DNA from: Nemertoderma westbladi
Lineage: Eukaryota; Animalia; Xenacoelomorpha
Reading direction: 5' to 3'
DNA: 64,000 nucleotides
NCBI GenBank assembly: GCA_032718475.1
Contig: JAUCBJ010007955.1
Location: 124,001-188,000, forward strand
In this document: one piece after another, positions 40,006-51,773 of the stretch
Layout: each line of letters begins with the position of its first letter
Position numbering within the stretch: the first letter of the stretch is position 1
Made by a program: the position numbers and the translations under genes
The notes under the pieces: generated by a model
The model's input: only the letters and a program-made list of their open reading frames with translations
Told to the model about the DNA's origin: nothing
Database searches by the model: none

Positions 40006-41609
40006 TCTATAATGATATAGTCATTATTAATATTTATTATTGAAAATATAAATTTATATTTGTAATATTTATTCACGAAATGGTGAAAAATTTTATTGGT
40101 TAATAATTTTTGTGCACGGTAGTAAATAGTTTGTTTTCACCTTAAATACAATGTTTCAAATATATATATATTATATTCTGGAATGTAAATAATTATTGAA
40201 TCCGTAGGTTTCAACAACGTCAAATATTGGTCACACAACTTTATAGTTTGCTCACAATACTTTATCTTCCGATCACCCAACTTTACAGTCAGTCACAAAG
40301 TCAGTTCAAATGAAAAGGGGAAAACATTCCAGGGCATTATTTTTTACATATTTAATTTCAATCTATTTTAATCTATAAATTTATATAAAATAAACTAGCA
40401 ACGGTATGTAAAGCACCTGGAATTAGATTAATTAGGATATTAATTATAGAGAAGAAAGAAGAACCAACCTGTTGAAATGTAAAAAGACATTAAAAGATTG
40501 CCACAACGAACGCACGCTCCGCACACTGAAAGCTCATTACAAACAGGGTGACATGGTCGCTTTGGCAATGGAATATCATCTGTAACCAAAAGAACATCAG
40601 ATTTGCCATCAAAACACTGCCATGAAGTACAATGATTTTATGATTTAAACGCTGGGGACTCCCCTTGTGAACTAAATAGTGGTTTACTTTCTTAAGTGGT
40701 CCCCTTAAGACGGCATGTCGTTCCATTTTAGCGTTTAGATGAAGTACAATGACATTGGAAATGGATGGACGTTCGTGGGGCCATCGCGCAGGACGAGGGT
40801 CAGTTATTAGATACAGATTAAAATTGAGCAATTCTATCCCAAAATCGGTACTTAAGAAATTTAAATAAATAATTAAGAAAATTTAACCAAACTTTTACTT
40901 TAAACAAAATTTCGCATTGGCAGCTTGGCATCGATGTCATAGAAGTCCACAGTCAAACTACTCAAAAAATTAAATGCATTCTTCAGTCCTCGGGTCTCGC
41001 TCATCGGTTAGTCCAGTTTGCCCGTAGCGCTAGCGCAGTAGCGATACCAAAAGTCGAGGTCGCCAACGACACTGCGACAGACAGAGGCGGTGGCCTTAAT
41101 GGCGAGTTGTTTGAGTACCGGTACAATTCCAAAACGTTGCTTGGTATTGTAGTATTGGGCAGTTGGGGTACCTAGTGCAGGAGTGGATACCGGAACATGT
41201 ACAACCTGACAATATGTCAGTCTGTCTTAAGTCCGCATAATTTCAAAACTTCCATGGCTGCATGGTTGCCGTGGCCGAGCATGATTGGGAGGTGGCGCCA
41301 ACGACCTGAAGATGGTACCGGTAACTCTGTACCACTGTAACAGTACCGGTACCGTACTGTAAAACATATGTTTAATAAGATTACTAATAAGATTAATTAA
41401 GAGAAGTATTACCGGTGTCGTACTCTGAACTCTGCAACCTGGAAATGCTGGAATGGCTGAAAGTGAAATAGGCCTACCACACTTCCCAAGGCCACATTAT
41501 TGCTGCATTGTACTGGTATTGCTGAATTTCAAACCCACTTGATATATCCTGCAGTCTCCTAGCAACCAGCTGATGCCAAGCCTAAAAATTTTTGGATAGA
41601 TAAATTTAT

Positions 41610-41990
41610 TATAACTGCAAGACAGTTTACACAGATGCTGCACGAAGACCCCACGCAAATTCAACTTGGAAAATTTCTAAACTTTTGCCAGACTACATTA
41701 TGTACCAAGTTTGGATATATTTTATCGAGATTTGGCTGAGTTATTAACGTATAAAATTGGACAGAACAGATCAACAGATCAACAGAGCAACATGCACAAC
41801 GATTGAGTTAGTGGTATGTGTATGCTAAGCTCGCTTACTTTCGTCGCTCGCCCCACAACAGAGCAACAGACACACCGATTGAGTTAGTGGTACCTGTATG
41901 CTAAGCTCGCTTACTTTCGTCGCTCGCCCCACAACAGAGCAACAGACACACCGATTGAGTTAGTGGTACCTGTATGCTAAGCTCGCTTAC
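41610..41990 (+). mobile_element. Helitron/Helentron-like non-autonomous remnant with its 76-bp 3' end repeated ~2.7 times
   Basis: TGTACCAAGTTTGG, ACAGA repeats, terminal GCTCGCTT..CGTCGCTCGCCCCACAA; units at 41780, 41856 and 41932. Confidence 0.55.
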
Positions 41991-42248
41991 ATTGACCGGA
42001 CTTCTCAATCCCTAACGGAACCAAAGCACAGCTGGACTATTATTAGTATTATAATGTTTATTGACAATAAACAAAGACGATCAATTAAAAAGGAGCGTAA
42101 AAGAACTAAATGCACTGAAACAAAATTATTGTCCGGCAAAGGAAGTCAACAAACGTAAACAGAGACATACAGTAGAAAATATATACACAGCAGATACGCG
42201 ATTAGAGCGGGCAGTACATAATAGTAGTTCTAGATAAATTTATTAACA

Positions 42249-42456
42249 TACTAGCAGGCAATACCCGAGACATGCTACCCGGTATTTCCCGCTACCGGCA
42301 TTGGCCTACTGGTACCGGTATAGGCCTACTGACGTAGCCGGTACCCAGTACCGGTACCGAACGTGAATTAAAGTGGCCTATAACGACCGCTGGTTAAAGT
42401 TATACACACATGCCAAGTCCCAGTGCAATCCCTCGGCCCGTTTTGGAGGAGTTCGA

Positions 42457-42492
<36 letters not shown>

Positions 42493-42512
42493 TGATTTTT
42501 ATAGGTATAGAT
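42249..42512 (+). mobile_element. Helitron-like (HINE/DINE-type) non-autonomous element with (GA)n
   Basis: Starts TACTAG, contains CATGCCAAG and a (GA)n microsatellite, ends TTTATAGGTATAGAT. Confidence 0.6.
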
Positions 42513-44382
42513 GAATAACCAGTCAAATAGGTATAAGCAATGATTCCAATAAACACCAGGTGATAACAATGAATTGAATGAAGAATTTAGCTTACAAACA
42601 CAATATTATACAAATGGGAACAGACTCAGATGTCAGATAGATGGTAATGCAGCAAGCGTAACAATGGAAACATATATCAATCAATCAATTTAACAACAAG
42701 CCGTGAACAAATACGACAGAGTTTATACATCGACATATTATTATTTATACGTAGGTAGACAAGATACAAATGTACAAACAAAGGAACTGAAACAAAATAT
42801 ACATTGTGGATATAGTATCACTTTGAACACAATGGCTTTTATGTAGCTCAGACCAAAATTACTATTCTTATTCTTGTCGATATGTACAGTTCACAATAGA
42901 TCCAATAAGGGGTGTACACTATATCATTATTTGTTGCGCATGCGCAACGCAATCCAGGTTAACTGTAATAATTCAGAATAATTACTACATCAGTCGACAC
43001 CCAAATAATGGTTCAATAATCTTAACTACCGGTATCTATCTGTATTTACAATTATTATAAGAGTTTGTTTTTTGTTTTTATAAAGAAAGCTTTCCCACTC
43101 TCAGGTCTGTCGGTCCCACCAGACCGGTGCTGTCAAAATATTTCGCTGCAGTCTGGCAGTTGCAGTTATACATGCCCTTTCAATGCAGGGTAACAATAGG
43201 CCTACTGCAGTAGGCCTACTGCAATACAGCAATACGTGCAGTTGAACTGCTGAACGCCGAGTACCAATATAATGTATAATGGTCTGATGGAAGGATGGTT
43301 CTGAAACTAGTCAGTCCGGCAGTTATGCTAAGACAGTAAGATAATGACTGAATGAGATCTGGAAATAGATATCTGGATATGTTGTAGTTATACCTGAATA
43401 CAGTAATATACCGGTACATGCCCTTTCAATGCAGGGTAACAAAACGGTTATCAGGTTGTTATATAATCATATTGCTGTCGGCTGTATAGCATAACTCCAA
43501 CTGACCAACTCTCAGACACTGTGATCTAGTGCCTGTGGTGGGTGATATACCGGTACAGCTACCGGCTGAGCGGTATCTGGATATATAACTGTATAAGCAT
43601 GATTATGTTTACCAGTTTACAGGAAGACAGGTTTTGTTTACAAACCTGTCGCAGTCTACGTCTGCCTGCCAGTCAGTTAACATGCCCTTTGGATGCAGGG
43701 TAACGCTTTTAATCTTATGACTGCAGGTGCAGGAGCAGGGCAGGCTGCTGGCTGGCTGGGCTGCTGGGGTGTATACTGATATAGTATAACGTATAGCACT
43801 GTAGCATATAGGCCTAATGCTGTGATGTGTTCAGGTGCAGGAGTTGCCAGGTTGCAGAGTTCTGGAGTTAGACCTATAATCAGATAATTATATTGGCTTA
43901 CGGCAGTACCGGTACTGCAGTACGGTAACTAATACAGTAATACTGTAATAGGGCCTATTATGTATTAGGCCTAATTCTTACAGTACAGTCTTAATTCTGT
44001 AATTACCGGTACGCGGTACCTACAGACCTAGGCCTAACTTATTATTTCAGCATTCGTCATGATCTTGATTTATAGCAATAATAACCCTACTACATACCCC
44101 ACTGTATAGTGGCTTTCTGGCTTTAGCACTGCACACTGTATCAGCAGATCAGTACCGCGTACACGTTAGATCTAAAGGTATGACGATTATCAGATTATTG
44201 AATGAGATAATAATAATATAATATTAATGGAAATATAAAATAATATTTATTTTGTAATATATATTTATGTATGCCTATGCAGATAGGCCCATTGGCTGAA
44301 TGGTGCTAGTACCGGTACATGGAGTTGTACACCGGCGCAAGTTATTATCAATAAACAGGACCATACTTCCAGGTGAATAGCA

Positions 44383-45951
44383 ATGCCAAAGTCTACTGGT
44401 AGAAGGAATAATTCCACAGTCGGTGCCAGTGGACAGACAGGTGAAACTTCCCAATCTAGCCCTGTATCATCAAGTCGGCCAAAAAGGAAGCGAGTTCAGA
44501 GTGCTAGAGCAGTGGAAGCGTCTGGAATAGAGATAACTCCACGTGCTTCCACTACTGCATCAAGTGTTGGTATGACTGAGAGCTCTTTGACAGTACCTGT
44601 GGAGGTTCCACACAACGTTCATCCTGGTAACAATGCAGCAGACAATCCTAGTACTACGAACAGCAATATTCATGCAGGTACTCAGGCCCAACCAGCTGCC
44701 AATATTACCACTGGTGTAGACAATCATCCAGTCACGGTTGCACCTTCCTTCCCATTACCTCCACAGCAATGGAACCCATACCAAATGCCATATGCATATC
44801 CATCGCTCCATCCAGCATATGGAATTCCGCCCAACTTTCAAAATCCTTACATATATAATAATAATTTCCCTACCCAGAGTGGGATTCTAAATCCTTATGC
44901 ACCTATCCCTGCTGGTACTACGACTCCATACTGGCCTTGCCCTCCTGCAATGCCTACCGGTACGAATGTATCTTCTACTAATGCCAATCCGAGACTGGAT
45001 CCACCGGTACATGCTGCAACATCTGGAATATCATCAAATATGAATACTGGTAGTCATTCAACTCCAGCATTCTCCACAGTTGGCCCACCGATGCAACCCC
45101 ATGCTGCTCAACTTCCAAGAATTAGTGAAGCAATACAAAATCTCGCAGGTGAGTCTGTTAATACTTTGGGCAATACTACTAAGGGTTTTGTACCTATTGA
45201 TGCCCTTGTTCCATTAGAAGTAAAGGAAAAGGTATGGGCACATAAATTTGTTGATCTTTCCATTTTACTATACAGTACCCCAACTAAATCAAAGCGTAAA
45301 TTTCCGATTTCACTTTCATCTGGAAATGTTAGTTGCCATTCTAGTCAGCAACCAGTTCTAGTATACGAAACAATGGAATCTCAGCAGCATAAGGAGATTA
45401 CCACCTTCGAAGAATGGCTGGTGGCCTGGAACATATTTTCATCAATTTATGAGGATAAATACCCCGCGGAGAGCAAGCATCTGAAGAAATACACTATTAT
45501 CTTGAAGGATATTAAGGATGGTGGAGGTTCATGGATGTTATATGATGAGAAATTTCGTTTATGCAAGCAAAACTCCCCATCGGATTATTGCTGGGGGGTC
45601 CCCCTGCAGGAATTATCCTTATTGGCCACAGCTAGGAAAGTTGGTAATTTCCCAATACCATACCGATATTGTTTCTCATACCATAGGGGAGAAAAATGTC
45701 TCACTTGTGATTTTAACCACTCTTGTCCCAATTGTGGCTCAAGTCACAGGCTCCTTAAGTGTCCCCATCCACTCCAGGGAGCTGAATCACAGCGGCCCTT
45801 TCGACATCCCGGTTCATTCTCGTCACGTGGCCAACGCGGCCCTTCCACAAAGGGAAGGGGAATGGATCGGAGGTCATTCTCGCGTGGCCAGTTCAACACT
45901 GGATTCCGCAACCGTTATTCTACCAACACCAGTAAATTGGGTGAAACTTAA
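44383..45951 (+). CDS. gag: Ngaro/DIRS ORF1 gag-like protein (522 aa)
   Basis: Low-complexity N-terminus, KVWAHKFVDLSILL, W..YDEKFR, zinc-finger-like CFSYHRGEKC..C.F.H.C..CG..H....C. Confidence 0.85.
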   Translation: MPKSTGRRNNSTVGASGQTGETSQSSPVSSSRPKRKRVQSARAVEASGIEITPRASTTASSVGMTESSLTVPVEVPHNVHPGNNAADNPSTTNSNIHAGTQAQPAANITTGVDNHPVTVAPSFPLPPQQWNPYQMPYAYPSLHPAYGIPPNFQNPYIYNNNFPTQSGILNPYAPIPAGTTTPYWPCPPAMPTGTNVSSTNANPRLDPPVHAATSGISSNMNTGSHSTPAFSTVGPPMQPHAAQLPRISEAIQNLAGESVNTLGNTTKGFVPIDALVPLEVKEKVWAHKFVDLSILLYSTPTKSKRKFPISLSSGNVSCHSSQQPVLVYETMESQQHKEITTFEEWLVAWNIFSSIYEDKYPAESKHLKKYTIILKDIKDGGGSWMLYDEKFRLCKQNSPSDYCWGVPLQELSLLATARKVGNFPIPYRYCFSYHRGEKCLTCDFNHSCPNCGSSHRLLKCPHPLQGAESQRPFRHPGSFSSRGQRGPSTKGRGMDRRSFSRGQFNTGFRNRYSTNTSKLGET

Positions 45952-47506
45952 TGATTATTTAGAGGGATATGATATACAGGAGCGAGAGTATTTACATAGC
46001 GGATTTACTTATGGATTTCGTTTAAACTATGAAGGTCCAAACATATCTACCATTACACCTAATTCAATCAGTGCCCAATCCAATCCGATAATAGTGACTC
46101 AGAAAATTAACAAAGAAATTGCGGCCGGAAGAATGGTGGGCCCATTTGATTCCCCACCATTTCCAAAGTACCATGTCAACCCAGTAGGCATAAGACCAAA
46201 GAAGAATCCAAATGAATTTAGAATGATCCATGATCTCTCAGCCCCACATAACGAATTATCAGTAAACTTTAACATATCATCCGATAATTCGTCTTGTTCA
46301 TACTACAAAGTTGAGGATGCTATCAATATGATCGTACGTGTAGGAAAGGGTTGTTATTTATCCAAAACGGACATATCTACAGCATTTCGGCTCATACCTA
46401 TATCACCTCAAGATTATCATCTGATGTGTACTAAATGGAAAGGAAAATGGTACTTTGATAAGTGTCTCGAAATGGGGGCCAGCTCCAGCTGTAAAATATT
46501 TGAACGATTCAGTTCCTGTTTACAATGGGTCGGTATTACTAAGTTAAATATTCCCGAACTTATACATGTCCTGGATGATTTCTTTCTTGCATCAAGTACA
46601 TATTATGACTGCAAGTCTCAATTAACACGGTTTTCTATATTTTGTGAAGAAGTTGGAGTTTTATTGGCCCCAGACAAAACCGAAGGCCCTAAACAAGTCC
46701 TTACATTCCTCGGGATTGAGCTTGATAGTGTTAACTTGGTAGCTAGATTACCTTCTGACAAAGTTGACCGAGCACTACAATCAGTACAAAATCTAAAGAT
46801 GAAAAGATGGGTGTTGAAACTAGAGCTCCTGTCCCTCATTGGTTTCCTCAACTTTGCATGTCAAGTGATTATACCAGGAAGAGCATTTCTCAGAAGGTTA
46901 ATAGACTTATCTATGTCAGTAACATCCGTGCATCATCGGGTTAGATTGAAGTCTTGGGCCAGGGCAGATCTGGTGGCCTGGGAGTCATTCCTTGTCGAAT
47001 TTAATGGATGCACTATGTTTATGAATGCTCATTGGAATTCAAACAATAGTATTGAACTTTTTTCAGATGCTGCCCAATCTAAAGGTTATGGGGCAGTGTT
47101 CCGCAACCATTGGTTCTTTGGGGAATGGCCTCCTGCTTGGGGGCTTTGTACCAATACATCATTGCTAGAACTTTACCCGATTATGTTAATATTACATATC
47201 TGGGGTCCAAACCTAGCAGGTATGAGGATTATCTTCCGCACAGATAATGAAGGACTTGTACCAATCTTAAATAAGAAAACATCTAAAAACCCACACATTA
47301 TGAATCTAATCCGTCGTATTGTTATATTATCAATGAAATATAATATATTATTTAGAGCGAGCCACATCTCAGGTGTAAATAACGTTAAAGCAGACCATCT
47401 TTCTCGTTTACAGATAGCATCATTTATGGAGATAGCGCCCGAAGCCGACAAGGACGCAACTCCGATTCCACCGCATCTGAGACCAGACGACTCCTTTTTC
47501 GATTGA
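45518..47506 (+). CDS. pol: Ngaro/DIRS ORF2 reverse transcriptase-RNase H (open frame)
   Basis: FRMIHDLS, KTDISTAFR, LEMGASSS, HVLDDF, FLGI; RNase H SDAA, LLELYPI, TDN, NVKADHLSR. Confidence 0.93.
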   Translation: MVEVHGCYMMRNFVYASKTPHRIIAGGSPCRNYPYWPQLGKLVISQYHTDIVSHTIGEKNVSLVILTTLVPIVAQVTGSLSVPIHSRELNHSGPFDIPVHSRHVANAALPQREGEWIGGHSRVASSTLDSATVILPTPVNWVKLNDYLEGYDIQEREYLHSGFTYGFRLNYEGPNISTITPNSISAQSNPIIVTQKINKEIAAGRMVGPFDSPPFPKYHVNPVGIRPKKNPNEFRMIHDLSAPHNELSVNFNISSDNSSCSYYKVEDAINMIVRVGKGCYLSKTDISTAFRLIPISPQDYHLMCTKWKGKWYFDKCLEMGASSSCKIFERFSSCLQWVGITKLNIPELIHVLDDFFLASSTYYDCKSQLTRFSIFCEEVGVLLAPDKTEGPKQVLTFLGIELDSVNLVARLPSDKVDRALQSVQNLKMKRWVLKLELLSLIGFLNFACQVIIPGRAFLRRLIDLSMSVTSVHHRVRLKSWARADLVAWESFLVEFNGCTMFMNAHWNSNNSIELFSDAAQSKGYGAVFRNHWFFGEWPPAWGLCTNTSLLELYPIMLILHIWGPNLAGMRIIFRTDNEGLVPILNKKTSKNPHIMNLIRRIVILSMKYNILFRASHISGVNNVKADHLSRLQIASFMEIAPEADKDATPIPPHLRPDDSFFD

Positions 47507-48190
47507 CTGAACTGGTTGAAACGTCATGGGAAATATCTACCATTGAGTCGTATAAAAGAACCTGGGTTAAATTTAGGTTGTTCCTTAACGAGGTCTTGAA
47601 TACCCCATTGATACTTCCTGTTGATCATACAGTCTTGGGATGCTTTGTTGCATATTTAGACTCCCAGCAAATGCATAGATCAACTATCGTGCAACACATG
47701 TCAGCTATATCCCTTCCCCACAAACTCTTACAACTAGATGACCCCACAAAATCGTTCTTAGTTTCTTGAGCATTAATTGGAATTGGGAAGCATATCGTAT
47801 GTCCTGATTCAAGGTTACCTATTACAAAGGCATTACTGTCGCGTATGTTATATGCTATTGATGTTATATACACTGATTCTTATAAGAGTTTGCTTATAAA
47901 ATCTATGTTTCTGGTTGCCTTTTATGGTTTTCTCAGAGTAGGTGAATTTTTGCCAAAGAAAGGACAATTGGGAAAATGGGTGCTTAGTTTTAAGGATGTG
48001 CAATTTGATAATAATATTGCTATTTTATTAATTAGGCATTTTAAGCACCAAAAACCACCATATGTACCAGCACGTGTCAGTATTTTAGATAATGAATACC
48101 ACAATCCAGTGAAAATATTACGGCATTATTTACACAACCGTCCATTGCAAAATGAAGATAGCCCATTGTTTATGTGGCAATCAGGTGACT
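47503..48190 (+). pseudogene. Tyrosine recombinase ORF3 with in-frame TGA at 47767 and 3' truncation
   Basis: STIESYKRTW, RLPIT, AFYGFLRVGE (catalytic Arg), PLF; HxxR and Tyr motifs missing; 47770-47844 reads through in frame. Confidence 0.88.
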
Positions 48191-48750
48191 ATACGAATGG
48201 GAGCGGAGCAGGCAACAGAGATTATACATAGGCAGATTAATATTTATACGTAGACATGATACAAATTTACAAGCAAAGGAACAGAAACAATAGATCAATA
48301 ACAGGTAACAGAACACGAGTGGGGCTTTCGGGCAGCAAAAGCTGCAAGCCATCTTGCGAATAATTATAATTATTCTATGGCTAGTTATTATATAGGCCTA
48401 TTCTGATATTGGCTTCCGACAATATTATGGTTTCCGACACACACACAGACTTTTGGAAAACGGCCATAGTAGAAGGAAAATTATTTGGAGAAGAAAATAT
48501 TTACTAATACAACAATTAATGGAACATACAAACTCTAGTGTAAACTAACAGATGGGGTGAGACACACTAAAAGGGAAACAACGAGCCAGGGCTTTCATAG
48601 GTGGTTGCAGGGACATGATAGAAGGCTATCTAGAATTCTAACAAGTTTAGGGCTTGGTATATAAACTCTGTGGTATATATTACATATGTAATATTATGTG
48701 TTTGTTCAGAAATGGAAAAATTGAGAAAGCGCGTCACCGGGGGTTGACCC

Positions 48751-48796
48751 AGCGCTATACGTACGTTTTGGCCTAACAGGCCTCATCAGTAGCGCT
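48751..48796 (-). ncRNA. Minimal type I hammerhead ribozyme, copy with core mutation (GAAA to AAAA)
   Basis: Reverse complement: AGCGCTA CTGATGA GGCC TGTTA GGCC AAAA CGTACGTA TAGCGCT. Confidence 0.75.
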
Positions 48797-49096
48797 AACC
48801 AGCTCAGCCACTAGCCCCTGACACTCACACTCCCACCTAATCCACTTCTATTGAACAGGCAGTCTTAAGTTGCATATATTCTATCTCTAACAGTGGACCT
48901 ACCGGCCTCCAAGTATGTTAGAGTGAAACAGTATAGGGAAGTACAAATAAATAAATATTCAGCTCGAGTATTGCTGCCAGGTGATATTAATCAAATAAAT
49001 TGGAGATGAGCTGTTGCAACTGTAATTAAAGGTGTAATATTATGTGTTTGTTCAGAAGTGGAAAAAATGAGAAAGCGCGTCACCGGGGGTTGAGCC

Positions 49097-49142
49097 AGCG
49101 CTATACGTACGTTTCGGCCTGACAGGCCTCATCAGTAGCGCT
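49097..49142 (-). ncRNA. Minimal type I hammerhead ribozyme, intact core, GUA cleavage triplet
   Basis: Reverse complement: stem I AGCGCTA/TAGCGCT, CTGATGA, stem II GGCC-TGTCA-GGCC, GAAA, palindromic stem III ACGTACGT, then A. Confidence 0.9.
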
Positions 49143-49869
49143 AACCAGCTCAGCCACTAGCCCCTGACACTCACCGTCCCACGTAATCCACTTCTATTGA
49201 ACGGGCAGTCTTAAGTTGCATATATTCCCATAATATTACACCTTTAATTAGAGTTGCAACAGCTCATCTCCAATTTATTTATATTACATCCTTATCAACA
49301 AAAGCGGAGAAACAGCATGATTAACTGCCAGGCATACAGCTCGTTCAACCTAATTGCTTCGGACCACAGAATTGTGACTGCAGAGATCACACTAAGTTGA
49401 AGAGGCAGCAAACCCAGGACAAGCAAGCGAATTCACTAGCTCTATCAAAATGGATACCATCTGGAAATCAGACATCTCCAGGAACCTGAAGACCAAGCTC
49501 TTCTGGCCACAGTGTTATAGTTGTAATAGGAAAGTCTTATACGGTGGTGAGACCTGGACACTGACGAATTCACTTGACCAACGAATTGATGGTTGTTACA
49601 CAAGACTAGAATACTAAGGGCATCTCTAAACATCAGCTGTAGACATCACATGACAAACGCCGAGCTTTATGGTTGTATACCACCTGTATCAACCACCCTC
49701 CGTGAACGCAAGTTAAGATTCAGTGGGCACTGCTGGAGAAGTAAAGACTTCTACTTTTCTGGCAACCAACACAAGGAATGCGTCGCCGTGGATGACCAGC
49801 TGTTGACCAACTTGAAAAGGATCAAAATTTTTTTCTTGAATCTCAAGCCATCCCTTATATCGGCTTGAT

Positions 49870-51378
49870 TTCAATTACAGCGACCCTTACAGTTTCCCTA
49901 TGTCTCCCCTCGTTCAGTTACAGCGACAATTACAGTTTCCCTATGTCTCCAATCGTTAAGTTACAGCGACCCTTACAGTTTCCCTGTCTCCCCTCCCCTC
50001 GTTCAGTTACAGCGACCCTTACAGTTTCCCTGTCTACCCTCCCCTTGTTCAGTTACAGCGACCATTACAGTTTACATATGTCTCCCCTCGTTCAGTTACA
50101 GCGACCCTTACAGTTTCCCTGTCTTCCCTCATTCAGTTACAGCGACCCAGTTTCCCTATGTCTACCCTCGTTCAGTTACAGCGACCCAGTTTCCCTATGT
50201 CTCCCCCCGTTCAGTTACAGCGACCCTTACAGTTTCCCTGTCTCCCCCCGTTCAGTTACAGCGACCCTTACAGTTTCCCTATGTCTCCCCCTGTTCAGTT
50301 ACAGCGACCCTTACAGTTTCCCTATGTCTCCCCTCGTTCAGTTACAGCGACCCTTACAGTTTCCCTATTTCTACCCCCGTTCAGTTACAGCGACCCTTGC
50401 AGTTTCCCTATGTCTCCCCTCGTTCAGTTACAGCGACCCTTACAGTTTCCCTATGTCTCAACTCGTTCAGTTACAGCGACCCCAGTTTCCCTATGTCTCC
50501 CCCTGTTCAGTTACAGCGACCCCAGTTTCCCTATGTCTCCCCCTGTTCAGTTACAGCGACCACAGTTTCCCTATGTCTCCCTTCGTTCAGTTACAGCGAC
50601 CCTTACAGTTTCCCTGTCTTCCCTCATTCAGTTACAGCGACCCAGTTTCCCTATGTCTCCCCTCGTTCAGTTACAGCGACCCTTACAGTTACCCTGTCTC
50701 CCCTCGTTCAGTTACAGCGACCCTTACAGTTTCCCTGTCTCCCCTCGTTCAGTTACAGCGACCCTTACAGTTTCCCTATGTCTCCCCTCGTTCAGTTACA
50801 GCGGCCCTTACAGTTACCCTGTCTCCCCTCGTTCAGTTACAGCGACCCTTACAGTTACCCTATGTCTCCCCTCGTTCAGTTACAGCGACCCTTACAGTTT
50901 CCCTATGTCTCCCCTCGTTCAATTACAGCGACCCTTACAGTTTCCCTATGTCTCCCCTCGTTCAGTTACAGCGACCCTTACAGTTTCCCTATGTCTCCCC
51001 TCGTTCAATTACAGCGACCCTTACAGTTTCCCTATGTCTCCCCTCGTTCATTTACAGCGACCCTTACAGTTTCCCTATGTCTCCCCTCGTTCAGTTTCAG
51101 CGACCCTTACAGTTTTCCTGTCTCCCCTCGTTCAATTACAGCGACCCTTACAGTTTCCCTATGTCTCCCCTCGTTCAGTTACAGCGACCCTTACAGTTTC
51201 CCTATGTCTCCCCTCGTTCAGTTGCAGCGACTTTTACAGTTTCCCTAGGTCTCCCCCCGTTCAGTTACAGCGACCCTCACAGTTTCCCTGTCTCCCCTCG
51301 TTCAGTTACAGCGACCCTTACAGTTTCCCTATGTCTCCCCTCGTTCAGTTACAGCGACCACAGTTTCCCTATGTCTCA
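49870..51378. repeat. ~43-bp minisatellite (GTTCAGTTACAGCGACCCTTACAGTTTCCCTATGTCTCCCCTC)n
   Basis: About 35 tandem units with 39-43-bp variants; ORFs in all three + frames are artefacts. Confidence 0.97.
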
Positions 51379-51588
51379 CGTAATCCTCTGAAATTCAGCT
51401 GATTAAAATTCAAGAAAAAATGATGACAAAAATATACATTTTAAAAATATACATTTTAGAAATTTTATTTAGTTTATTTAAAAATATATTTTTATTTTTT
51501 TAGAAATAGAAATGTATACACCATGACCCGTAATAGTGTCATTTTCTCATGAGACGGAGAAGAAAAGTTAACATTTGATTTAAGATAA

Positions 51589-51773
51589 AAGGTCGATGGT
51601 GTAAGGTCGATGTTGTAAGGTCGATGGTGTAAGGTCGATGGTGTAAGGTCGATGGTGTAAGGTCGATGGTGTAAGGTCGATGGTGTAAAGTCGATGGTGT
51701 AAGGTCGATGGTGTAAGGTCGATGGTGTAAGGTCGATGGTGTAAGGTCGATGGTGTAAGGTCGATGGTGTAAG
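51589..51773. repeat. 14-bp tandem repeat (AAGGTCGATGGTGT) x ~13
   Basis: Near-perfect copies, no unique spacers. Confidence 0.97.

Larger units (their letters stand above)
44383..48190 (+). mobile_element. Tyrosine-recombinase retrotransposon (Ngaro-like DIRS order), 3'-truncated
   Basis: Overlapping gag / RT-RNase H / YR ORFs; no methyltransferase domain after RNase H. Confidence 0.9.
48686..49279 (-). mobile_element. Penelope-pLTR/retrozyme-like insert: 346-bp partial tandem repeat plus inverted end, 10-bp TSD
   Basis: TSD TATATTACAT at 48676-48685 and 49280-49289; repeat units start at 48687 and 49033; 49228-49280 inverts ~48992-49045. Confidence 0.85.
48555..49820 (+). mobile_element. 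Composite, internally deleted RTE-derived repeat hosting the ribozyme insert
   Basis: 48555-48685 plus 49280-49430 match 52765-53035; 49440-49820 matches the 3' part of 13176-15250. Confidence 0.8.

Noticed and set aside
41304-41342. CTGAAGA followed by a TGGTAC/GTACCA stem as a possible hammerhead
   Set aside because: No GAAA after the stem and no stems I or III.
49865-51402. 508-, 414- and 283-aa ORFs
   Set aside because: Open in all three + frames because the ~43-bp unit lacks stops; not codon-periodic.
51589-51773. CRISPR-like regular repeat
   Set aside because: Head-to-tail copies without unique spacers, no cas genes, eukaryotic context.
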